NCBI GenBank assembly: GCA_021785935.1
Contig: JAJYOG010000008.1
Location: forward strand, 999 to 64,998
Direction: 5' to 3'
From: Actinomycetes bacterium
Lineage (GTDB): Bacteria; Actinomycetota; Thermoleophilia; BMS3ABIN01
Length of the DNA stretch: 64,000 bases
In this document: one piece after another, positions 1 through 10,700 of the stretch
Numbering within the stretch: the stretch's first letter is position 1
Layout: every line of letters begins with the position of its first letter
The notes under the pieces: generated by a model
Told to the model about the DNA's origin: nothing
Seen by the model: only the letters and a program-made list of their open reading frames with translations
Databases searched by the model: none
Position numbers and translations under genes: made by a program

Positions 1-413
1 TGGCCGGACTGGCTCATGAGAAGCACTGCGGCGACGACCGCGCCAGGCCCGGCCAGCAGCGGCGTCCCCAGGGGCACCAGCGCCACGTTGGCGCCGCCGC
101 GGGCCTGCTGATTGGCGTCCGGCATGCCTTTCATCATGTCGAGCGATACGATCCCCAGAAGGATTCCTCCGGCGATAGTCAGGCTCTCGATGGAGATGCC
201 AAGGTAGTCGAGGACATAATGGCCGAAAAAGGCAAACAGGAAGATGACGGCAGCAGCCGCCAGCACCGCCTGAAGGGCGAAACGCCGCTGGCGCGGCTGG
301 TCTTCACCAGCGGTAAGCACCAGAAAAACAGGCGTATTCCCGATAGGGTCGATGATCACCACCATGGTGATGAACGTGGTTACGAGCAGCTTCCAGTCCA
401 AGGCGGGCACCAT
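1..413 (-). CDS. MarC/UPF0056 family integral membrane protein (C-terminal part runs off the window)
   Basis: The reverse frame is open from the ATG (complement of 411-413) to the window edge. It reads MVPALDWKLLVTTFITMVVIIDPIGNTPVFLVLTAGE...LGISIESLTIAGGILLGIVSLDMM. DPIGN-P is the MarC-type signature. It is absent from the ORF track because there is no stop in the window. The listed + ORF 219-422 is its shadow. Confidence 0.7.
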   Translation of the reverse strand, partial: MVPALDWKLLVTTFITMVVIIDPIGNTPVFLVLTAGEDQPRQRRFALQAVLAAAAVIFLFAFFGHYVLDYLGISIESLTIAGGILLGIVSLDMMKGMPDANQQARGGANVALVPLGTPLLAGPGAVVAAVLLMSQSG

Positions 414-567
414 CCATTCTAATTACAATTCGATATTCTAATAAGAGGCTATGCCGATTTTCTCAATATGCCCCACTTGCTGATTTCTAGCGGCATGTCC
501 CTTCCCCTGCAATCCGAAACCGCACGATCGGCCAAAGAAATGATTGAGCCAATGATCACAAAGTAGC

Positions 568-596
568 TTGCATCGCCTTTTTGGGGATGCTATAGT
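568..596 (+). promoter_or_regulatory. sigma70-type promoter candidate (TTGCAT-17 nt-TATAGT)
   Basis: TTGCAT at 568-573, an exact 17-nt spacer, and TATAGT at 591-596. It lies in a 460-bp intergenic region upstream of the 3D-domain gene. Confidence 0.5.
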
Positions 597-876
597 CGCA
601 CTTCGGCCGGGGTCCAGGAACCCAGTGGTCAGTGAAAATGTGGGGAAAATAGTGGAATTTGCGACATTTTCTGGAAACCACGGCCCTTTTTTGCGGGCAT
701 TTTTAACTCTGTAGTGGGGATTTGGGCAAATCGGGGCGTACCGTCATCTATTATCGGAGGACGTTATTCAAGCGGGCTTTATAAGACAGACAGGCAAGAA
801 CAAATTATCCATTCTGCCAATACTTCTTTTTTTACTTCCCACTCTGTTAATTCCACTCCTTGCAATTCCTTCCGCA

Positions 877-1848
877 ATGGCAACCACATCTGATGAGCTG
901 GATTCTGCCAGCCAGCAGATAGGCAACCTCGAAGCGCGGTCGCAGGAGCTTGATACAGATTACAAACAAGCCCTCTCCGACCTGGTGGCGGTCGACAGCG
1001 AAGTAACGCGTTACAGCAATGAGATCGCCGACACCAACCAGCGGCGACTGGAGATCCAGGCATCGATTACTGCCGAGCAAACGCTGCTTGTTCAATACCA
1101 GGCGCAACTGGACGACCGCCAGGGAGCCCTGGAAAAGCGGCTCCGCGGTGCATACAAGAGCGAGGACGTCGGCTACCTTGAAGTGGTAATGGGAGCCGGC
1201 GACTTTTCTGATTTTCTCAACCGCGTCGACATGATCAATTACATCGCCGACGAAGATCGTCAGCTGATCACTTCCGTCGAAGAGGCCAAACAAAGCCTCG
1301 AAGCGCAGATCACCAGCCTGTCGGACAAGCAGAATGAGCTTGCGGCGACAGCGGATCAGCTAAGCGCAGCCCAGTCGAACCTCCTGGACGCCCAGAACAA
1401 ACAACAAAGCTTCGTGAGTTCTCTACAGAGCCAAAAGGTTGCCACCGACGGTCAGCTGTCTCAACTGCAGGCAGAGGCCGCAAGTATCGAGGCCCGCATG
1501 AACCAGATTCAACAGCAGGCCGCACAAGCTCCCGTTGATGATAGCTCCGGCGGCGGTTACAGCGAAGATAACTCACAGCCCAGAGGCGGCGGTTCGAGCT
1601 TCACGGTTACGGCGACTGCGTACTGTCTTGGCGGTTCCACTGCCACAGGCATGCCGGTCGGACGCGGTGTTATCGCGGTCGACCCGCGCGTCATACCGTT
1701 GGGTAGCCGGGTTCACGTTTCTGGCTACGGCGATGCGATTGCCGCCGATACGGGCGGAGCAATCCAGGGAAACATCATTGATGTCTGGCTGCCGTGCGGC
1801 GAAGCTTATGCCTGGGGCAGAAGGACCGTAACCGTCACCGTCTATTAG
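877..1848 (+). CDS. Secreted coiled-coil / 3D-domain (MltA/RlpA-like, YabE-type) cell-wall protein; true start probably upstream (715-781)
   Basis: The N-terminal ~200 aa is Q/L/E-rich coiled coil. The C-terminus (TVTATAYCLGG...GVIAVDPRVIPLGSRVHVSGYGDAIAADTGGAIQGNIIDVWL) is a 3D domain. The in-frame sequence upstream of ATG 877 encodes a signal peptide (see finding). Confidence 0.8.
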   Translation: MATTSDELDSASQQIGNLEARSQELDTDYKQALSDLVAVDSEVTRYSNEIADTNQRRLEIQASITAEQTLLVQYQAQLDDRQGALEKRLRGAYKSEDVGYLEVVMGAGDFSDFLNRVDMINYIADEDRQLITSVEEAKQSLEAQITSLSDKQNELAATADQLSAAQSNLLDAQNKQQSFVSSLQSQKVATDGQLSQLQAEAASIEARMNQIQQQAAQAPVDDSSGGGYSEDNSQPRGGGSSFTVTATAYCLGGSTATGMPVGRGVIAVDPRVIPLGSRVHVSGYGDAIAADTGGAIQGNIIDVWLPCGEAYAWGRRTVTVTVY

Positions 1849-1879
1849 GCAACGCGCGGCAACCCAACCTTAACCTCCA

Positions 1880-1907
1880 AGAGGCCGGTCCCCCGGCCTC
1901 TTTTTTA
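1880..1907 (+). terminator. Rho-independent terminator
   Basis: GAGGCCGG-tccc-CCGGCCTC stem-loop followed by TTTTTT, 30 nt after the stop of the 3D-domain gene. Confidence 0.75.
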
Positions 1908-1972
1908 TTGACCTATCTATGGCGCCATCCTGATTTAATTTTATTGACCTCTCTATCCCGCCGGTTTAATAT

Positions 1973-2380
1973 ATGAGTATGCGTTCATCCATTCATAAGA
2001 ATCGCGAGGAATACGTTTGCGATGTTCAATGCATTCACCCCGACCTGGTGGAGCAGCGGGGAGATAAAACCCTTGATTGGAGCAAGGCCTCGCGGCTTTC
2101 AAAGATCTTCCGGGTAATGTCAGACCCCAACCGCCTGCGGATCATCTCACTGGTGGCGCAGGGCGAGCTTTGTGTCTGCGATATCGCCGCGGCGCTCAAC
2201 ATGACCCAATCGGCGGTTTCCCATCAGCTGCGGGTCCTGCGCCTGTCCGAACTGGTCAAGGTCCGCAAGGAAGGGCGGGTGGCCTGGTACTCCCTGGATG
2301 ACGATCATGTCCTGAAGCTGTTTACCCAGGGCCTCGAACACATGGGGCACACCGATGGAGAAGACGGTGGCAAGCCATAG
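1973..2380 (+). CDS. ArsR/SmtB family metal-responsive transcriptional repressor
   Basis: Contains ELCVCDIAAALNMTQSAVSHQLRVLRLSELVKVRKEGRVAWYSL, a winged HTH with the CVC metal-site motif typical of ArsR/SmtB. Confidence 0.85.
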   Translation: MSMRSSIHKNREEYVCDVQCIHPDLVEQRGDKTLDWSKASRLSKIFRVMSDPNRLRIISLVAQGELCVCDIAAALNMTQSAVSHQLRVLRLSELVKVRKEGRVAWYSLDDDHVLKLFTQGLEHMGHTDGEDGGKP

Positions 2381-3284
2381 CCATAATTTGACCGGCATCA
2401 AACGCGGGCTTACCGCCGGCATTGCCCTCAATCTGTTGATCGTGATCGCCGAGGTGGTGGCGGGAACGATAGCCGGCAGCCTGGGCTTAATCAGCGACGC
2501 CGTTCATAACTTCACCGACATGGCGGCGCTCGGCATTGCCTGGTTCGCCCTCGAACAAGCGAAGAGGCCGCCTACGGCCACAAAGACCTTCGGCTTCCAC
2601 CGTACCGGCATACTGACGGCGCTGATCAACTCGCTGCTTCTGGCCGGAGTCACCATCTGGATTTTTTACGAAGCCTACCATCGTTTTCTTGATGCCCAAC
2701 CCGTCGGCGGAGCGCTGGTAATCATTACTGCCGCGCTGGCTCTTTGTGCTAATCTGGTAATTGTCGGCACGCTAAGGAATACGGCTCACGGCGATATCAA
2801 TATTCGCAGCGCCGTTTTGCATTTGTTGGGCGACGCCGCCGCTTCGGCGGCCGTACTGGTGGCAGGCATTATCATCCTGGCCACCGGCTGGTACGCGGTT
2901 GATCCGTTGGTAAGCGCACTCCTGGGAGTAGCTATTTTATGGGGCGCCTGGCAGATCATCCGCGAGGCGTTGGAGATCTTCCTCGAGAGTTCCCCGCGCG
3001 CGATCGATGTTGACCTTCTCGTGAACGAGATGAAGCAGGAGGATGGTGTCCTGGATATTCACGACATTCATGTCTGGACGCTGGGATCGGGAATTTATGC
3101 CATGAGTTGCCACGTCGTCGTCGACGATGTCAAAGTCAGCGAGGGCGGCCGGATTATTGCCGACCTCAGGGAGACGCTGGCCCACGAATTTGGGATAGTG
3201 CATTCGACGTTGGAACTGGAGTCGGAACCTTGTGACATGGCCGGGCCCTATTGCTACATCAACCACAAACCTTCAATGAAATAA
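2355..3284 (+). CDS. Cation diffusion facilitator (CzcD/ZitB-type) divalent metal efflux transporter
   Basis: Six TM segments with the CDF motifs ISDAVHNFTDM and HLLGDAAAS, plus a C-terminal cytoplasmic domain (IHDIHVWTLGSG). It overlaps the arsR end. Confidence 0.9.
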   Translation: MEKTVASHSHNLTGIKRGLTAGIALNLLIVIAEVVAGTIAGSLGLISDAVHNFTDMAALGIAWFALEQAKRPPTATKTFGFHRTGILTALINSLLLAGVTIWIFYEAYHRFLDAQPVGGALVIITAALALCANLVIVGTLRNTAHGDINIRSAVLHLLGDAAASAAVLVAGIIILATGWYAVDPLVSALLGVAILWGAWQIIREALEIFLESSPRAIDVDLLVNEMKQEDGVLDIHDIHVWTLGSGIYAMSCHVVVDDVKVSEGGRIIADLRETLAHEFGIVHSTLELESEPCDMAGPYCYINHKPSMK

Positions 3285-3296
3285 GAGGAGGTGAAA

Positions 3297-3809
3297 ATGG
3301 GCAGGAAGAGTAAACAGGCGGCGAAGAAGGCGGCCGCGAAGAGCGGCAAGTCGAATTCATCGTGGATTATCCTTTTCGCGGCAATGGTGTTCACCGTCGG
3401 CATCGCCGGCGGAGTGCTGGGCTGGGCGCTCACCCGGGGCGGCGATTCCGCTTCGGCTGCGCCAAAGCCGCCGAGCTTCGCCTCAGATCCAACGGCGCCG
3501 AAAGGCTCGGCCGAGGCGTATCAGTTTGCTATCGACAATCCGGACACTCTGTCGCAGATACCTTGTTATTGTGGCTGTGGACAGCTTGACGGGCACAAGA
3601 GCAATCTTGACTGCTTTATCAAGTCGCGTAACGGTAACGATATCACGTTCGACAAGCACGGCGCTGGCTGAGACATATGAGTGGATACCGCACTGGCCGT
3701 GAGCCAGTGGCAAAAAGAAGGCGTTCCTCTCAAAGAAATTCGCAGCAGGATTGACGCCAAATATACAGCGATGGGTTATACACCGACGCCGACACCGCCG
3801 ATTCAGTAA
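3297..3809 (+). CDS. PCYCGC-motif membrane-anchored protein read through two in-frame TGA codons (3669-3671, 3678-3680): candidate UxxU selenoprotein
   Basis: GAGGAGG RBS, N-terminal TM anchor, and IPCYCGCGQLDGHKSNLDCF. The frame continues ...FDKHGAG-TGA-D-I-TGA-VDTALAVSQWQKEGVPLKEIRSRIDAKY...-TAA. A 7-bp hairpin lies at 3691-3709. The same organism decodes UGA as Sec in fdhA. Confidence 0.55.
3691..3709 (+). promoter_or_regulatory. Candidate bacterial SECIS hairpin
   Basis: CACTGGC-cgtga-GCCAGTG, a perfect 7-bp stem with a GU-containing loop. It starts 10 nt after the second TGA and 19 nt after the first. Confidence 0.4.
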
Positions 3810-3874
3810 AACCAAGCGGTTTTTCTTGAGGATTGACGGTGCGGAGTCGCGGCTGCTAACGGCAGCCCGGCGAT

Positions 3875-6057
<2,183 letters not shown>

Positions 6058-6059
<2 letters not shown>

Positions 6060-6663
6060 ATCGCGAGAAGTAGCCGCCGCTGGCGCAAGAGCGGCAGAGG
6101 TTTGTGCCATTCACCTTAACTTCACGCATATCGACCACGGCTTCGCCGCACTTTCCGCAGACTACCCGCGAAATGGGGCTTCCCGGCATATCCTCGGCCG
6201 GAGTCACTACCTTCACATCCTCAAAGTTCAGAAGCTCTTCATCCGGCATGACCCGGTAGGCAAGCCGCTGCTGTTCATATTTGTTCCGCTCATCCGGCGC
6301 ATACACGGAAGCCAGGTGCCTGGCCTCTTCCCTGGCTAAAACCCGCACAGCCGTTCCTGTTTGTAGATTGATGAACGTAGCGGCCATGATACCGTAGTCC
6401 ATGATTTTGAGAGTGCGCTTGCCCACCCTGCAGCCAGTGACAACCATGATGGCGTCGGCCGCGCAGCGGTCGATCTCGACGTAGACCATCAGATTCTTGC
6501 GCCATTGATTTGAAAGCGGATCATCTACGCCCAGCCGTTCAAGGCCGGCGCGGGCCAGGCGCACACCCAGGGTCTGCCCGGGGCAATCGCCGCCATGGAA
6601 CGCGGCTGCCTCTTCAAGATGCTCTTCGAGTGATTTTTTCACGCAGATTTCCCGAACGGACAA
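6058..6663 (-). CDS. FmdE-family protein with C-terminal zinc ribbon
   Basis: Contains AAFHGGDCPGQTLGVRLA...VEIDRCAADAIMVVTGCRVGKRTL, and a C-terminal CGKCGE...CRSC motif. Confidence 0.8.
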
Positions 6664-7685
6664 ACAGGAAAATTACACTCCTCGCAATCCAGGCAAAGAC
6701 CGCCGTGACCGAGCCGCGCGATGTCATCACTCGTAATCTTTTCGCCAGCAAGCACCCTTGGCAGGATCAGGTCAAAAATGGTTCGTGGATGGTGAATGCC
6801 GCAGGCGGGAACGCCCAGAACCGGTGTGCCATCCTCAAAATAACCGGCCATGAACATGGCGCCTGGCAGCACCGCCGAGCCGTAGGCGGATATCTCGGCA
6901 CCGGCCTCGCGTGCCGCCAGCGGCGTTAAATCGTCGGGATCGACAGACATACCACCAGTCATTATCACCAGGTCCGCGTCCGCACGTGCCTCCAGCACCG
7001 CCTGCCTGATGGCCAACAGATTATCGGGGCACTTAGTGACGCTGGCAATCGACGAACCAAGAGCCTCGACCTTCCCCCTGATCACAGGCTCGAAGGCATC
7101 GTCGATCCTGCCCGTATAGACCTCATTTCCTGTAATAATAAGCGCGATTCGGGATGACTTGAGCGGCAGAACCGACACCAGGCCATCAGCCTGATTCGCC
7201 GCGGCCACCGCCCGTTCCACCTGTTTTTTTTCCACTACTAGCGGAATCGCCCGGGTACCGGCGATAATATCTCCCGCCTGGACCACGGTGTTGGTATGCC
7301 TGGTGGCGCACATAACCTCGTCGACCAGATTGAACCGCGTAAGCGCTTCCACATTCACCTTGAGCAGACCGGTAACGCCCGCAATAATATTGATGCGGCC
7401 CTCGCGCGGCTCCGGCATGAACTGGGCGTTGTTCCCGGAGATGGCCCCGGCCAGAAGCACGGCGGCATCGTCCTCGTGCATCTGATCCTCGTTCATCTCC
7501 AGGACATAAAGGTTCTCCTTGCCCAGGTCGAGCAGCTTGGGGATGTCATCCCCGGTGATCACATGCCCGCGGCGAAAGGCGCTGCCTTTATGATGGGTGC
7601 GGGCATTGATCTCGGTAATGTCATGGCTAAGGACAAGGCCGATGGCATCCTCAACGGCGACGGTTTTTTGATCGGGTTCACACAT
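6639..7685 (-). CDS. Molybdopterin-binding (MoeA/MoaB-fold) domain protein
   Basis: Central MoCF-biosynthesis fold (IALIITGNEV...DLVIMTGGMSVDPDD) and a C-terminal Cys cluster (CLDCEECNFPVCP). Confidence 0.7.
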   Translation of the reverse strand: MCEPDQKTVAVEDAIGLVLSHDITEINARTHHKGSAFRRGHVITGDDIPKLLDLGKENLYVLEMNEDQMHEDDAAVLLAGAISGNNAQFMPEPREGRINIIAGVTGLLKVNVEALTRFNLVDEVMCATRHTNTVVQAGDIIAGTRAIPLVVEKKQVERAVAAANQADGLVSVLPLKSSRIALIITGNEVYTGRIDDAFEPVIRGKVEALGSSIASVTKCPDNLLAIRQAVLEARADADLVIMTGGMSVDPDDLTPLAAREAGAEISAYGSAVLPGAMFMAGYFEDGTPVLGVPACGIHHPRTIFDLILPRVLAGEKITSDDIARLGHGGLCLDCEECNFPVCPFGKSA

Positions 7686-7719
7686 GGAGTTTTTGTCCTT
7701 CTTGTTGCGGGTTGAGGTT

Positions 7720-10700
7720 TTAGGCTTTTTCGATTTTCACGGCGCAGACCTTGTATTCCGCGGTCTTGGAGATGGGGTCATAGGCGGAATTGGTCAGTTC
7801 GTTAACAGCCGTCTCCCAGTAATGGAAGGTCATGAAGAGAATCCCCGGCGGCACCCTGTCGGTAACGGTTACCCGGCTGACGACTGAACCGCGGCGCGAG
7901 CTGACCCTGATCTCTTCGCCTTCGGACACGCCGATGGAGGCGGCATCCTCCGGGTTGATCTCCGCCAGTTCATGCGGCCGCATCGATTCGAGGATCCCGG
8001 ATTTCCTGGTGGACACATTGTAGTGGTAGAGCATGCGTCCCGTGGTCAGCAGGATGGGGTATTCATCATTTGTCAGCTCCGCCGGCGCTTCATATTTCAG
8101 CCCCTGCAGCAAGCCCTTTCCCCGGGGGAAACAGCTCTCATGAAGATACGGCGTGCCCGGATGTGAGATGTCAGGGCAAGGCCACTGCAGTCCGGCGATA
8201 TCCAGACGGCCATAGGTAATGCCGCCATATGCAGGAATCAGCGGACGCAACTCCTCGAATATCGCCTCAGGCGAGTCGTAACACATCTCGTGTCCCATTC
8301 GCGATGCCAGGTCGCAGATGATCTCCCAGTCGGCGCGGGCCTCCCCCGGCGGCTCGACCGCCTTGCGCACCCTCTGCACCCTGCGCTCGGTATTGGTAAA
8401 GGTTCCATCCTTTTCCGCGTAAAGGGCGGCGGGCAGGATGACGTCGGCGTATTTGGCTGTTTCCGTCATGAAAATGTCCTGGACTACCAGGAATTCGAGT
8501 CCGTCTATGGCCTTGCGGGAGTGGTTGGCGTCGGGATCGGTGAGCACGGGATCCTCACCCATAATGTACATCGCCTTGAGTTCCCCCGCGAGGATCGAGT
8601 CGAACATCTCCGGAATGCGCAATCCCGATTGATCGCTCAGCTCCACACCCCAGGCCTTTTCGAAGGGGACGACATTTTCCTGGGCGGTCACGTTCTTGTA
8701 TCCGGGCAGCAGGTTGGGCAGGGCGCCCATGTCACAGGCTCCCTGAACGTTGTTCTGACCACGCAGCGGATTAACTCCGGCGTGTTCGACCCCGACGTGC
8801 CCGGTCACCATCGCCAGATTGGCGAGGTTCATGACATTAGCGGTGCCGGTTGTATGCTCAGTGATGCCGAGAGTATAAAAGATGCCCGCCCGCGGCGTAT
8901 GCGCGTAGATGTCGGCGGCCGCATAGATCTCGACCTCTGGAATGCCCGTGATCTCGCTGACGATATCAGGCGTATATTCCTTGACGACCTCCCACATTGA
9001 GTCGAAGCCTTCGCAGCGCTCCTGGATAAAGTCCTCGTGCGCCCAACCCATCCTGATGATCACATTGATCATGCCGTTGATGAGAGCCATGTCCGTGCCC
9101 GGTTTCAGCCGCAGCCAGAGCTCGGCGTAATCGGTCAGCTCGATCTGCCTGGGGTCGGCCACAACGATCCTGGCGCCCCTGCGGGCGGCTCGTTTCATCT
9201 TGGCGCCAATGATCGGATGCGCTTCGGTGGCGTTGGAGCCGATGATGAACAGCGCGTCGTAGAATCCTACTTCGCTGATAGAATTTGTCATGGCGCCGCT
9301 TCCGAAGGAGATGGCCAGACCGGCCACCGTGGGAGCGTGTCAGGTGCGGGCACAATGATCAACGTTGTTGGTGCCCATCACCACCCTTGTGAACTTCTGC
9401 ATCAACCAGTTCTCCTCGTTGGTGCAGCGCGCCGAACTGAGAGTGGCCAGAGCGTCGGCCCCGTCCCGTTGTTTTATTTCCTTAAATTTTGATGCCACCA
9501 GATCGAGCGCATCATCCCAGGTCGCCGGCTCGAACTCACCATTCCGTTTGATGAGCGGCGTCGTCAGGCGGTCAGGGCTGTTGATGAGATCGGTGTGGTA
9601 GCGCCCCTTGACACACAGCTCCCGGCGATTCACCGGCGCTTCGGCGATGGTGGTAACGCCAACGACCTTCCCATCCTTGACGTTCAGATCGAAATTGCAG
9701 CCTGTGCCACAGAGCGGGCAAGTAGTCGTCACCCGGGTCAGCTCCCACTCGCGGGAATCCTTCAGTTGCGCGTTGACCAGGGCGCCAGTGGGACAAGCAT
9801 CGATGCACGAGCCGCAGGAGACGCAGCCGGCTTCCTTGTAGGTAGCGCCGCGCAAAGCCGGATAATCGTTTTCATCAACGGTGTAGACGTGGTTCATTTC
9901 ATATTCGTCGCAGACGCGGACACAGGTATGGCAGCGAATACAGCGTTTACGGTCCAGCTGCAAAATCGGAGAGCCGTCGAACAGCGGGAACTGCCCCTTA
10001 CCCTTGAACTGAGTTGTTCCAGCGCCGTAGCGGATCGACAGGCGCCTGAGTTCGCAGTCAGCGACCGCATGGCACGTGCACTGCATGCAGCGGGCGGCTT
10101 CGCTCCTGGCGTCCGCTTCCTTGTAGCCCAGCTCGATTTCGTAAAAATTTTTACGATCGGCTACGGCGAGCTCGGGCATATGGAAACGCTTGTCATCTGA
10201 AAGTGGCATGGCTCCGATCTCGAACATCCTGGGCTTGCGCCTTTTGAGGCCGGCGGCCGGTGAAGCGCAGACTTCACTGGGATCCTCGCCGGTCACAAAA
10301 GCGTCGATGGCGACGGCGGCTCTGCGGCCAGCGGCAATGGCCTCCACTACCGTAGCGGGGCCGGTCTCGCAGTCGCCTCCGGCAAAAATGCCATCACTGC
10401 TGGTTGCCAGGGTACGTTGATCGGCGTGGACGGTACCCCAGTCACTCAGTTTGACGATGTTTTCCAGCCCGCCGGGATCGACCTCCTGGCCGATGGCCAG
10501 GATGACCGTATCCGCCTCGATGGTAAAATCGGAGCCCTCGACTGCCTGGGGGCGGCGTCTGCCGCTCTCGTCAGGTTCTCCCAGCTTCATCTTCTGGCAG
10601 ACAACACCGGTGGCGCGGCCGCCGTTCCTGACGATCGATACAGGCGCGGTTAGCAGGGATAGATTGGCGCCTTCGCGTTCGGTCTCATTGACTTCTTCAG

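Noticed and set aside
219-422. + strand 67-aa ORF at the window start.
   Set aside because: It is the shadow of the minus-strand MarC-family gene, whose translation carries the family signature.
597-876. A confident call of a c-di-AMP (ydaO) riboswitch upstream of the 3D-domain gene.
   Set aside because: Only loose resemblances are present (GGGG..CCCA, CCGUCAUCUA). The conserved ACGGGG/CCGAAxCCG...AGCUAACC blocks are not recognisable by eye. It is kept only as a low-confidence finding.
1905-1960. The direct repeat TTATTGACCT(A/C)TCTAT..CGCC x2 upstream of arsR as a mobile-element end or a pair of operators.
   Set aside because: There are only two imperfect copies. The most economical explanation is duplicated -35 (TTGACC) promoter material, with the second copy correctly spaced from TAATAT. 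There is not enough evidence for more.
3669-3680. Possibility that TGA is globally reassigned (genetic code 4 or 25), which would explain the in-frame TGAs.
   Set aside because: Many well-supported genes here terminate correctly at TGA, for example nuoA, nuoH, the kinase 28068-29642, and ORF 54182. In-frame TGAs occur only at the FDH active site and the CxxC-like site. Site-specific Sec recoding fits; a code change does not.
8290-9000. Long antisense ORFs in the track (also 16495-17133, 22190-22894, 22899-23663, 29214-29927, 29842-30690, 43548-44108, 46221-47132, 48931-49596, 56494-57909, 60996-62021).
   Set aside because: They lie opposite genes with strong family signatures. They have Arg/Gly/His/Asp-rich low-information translations typical of shadow ORFs in high-GC DNA, and they lack RBSs or recognisable motifs.
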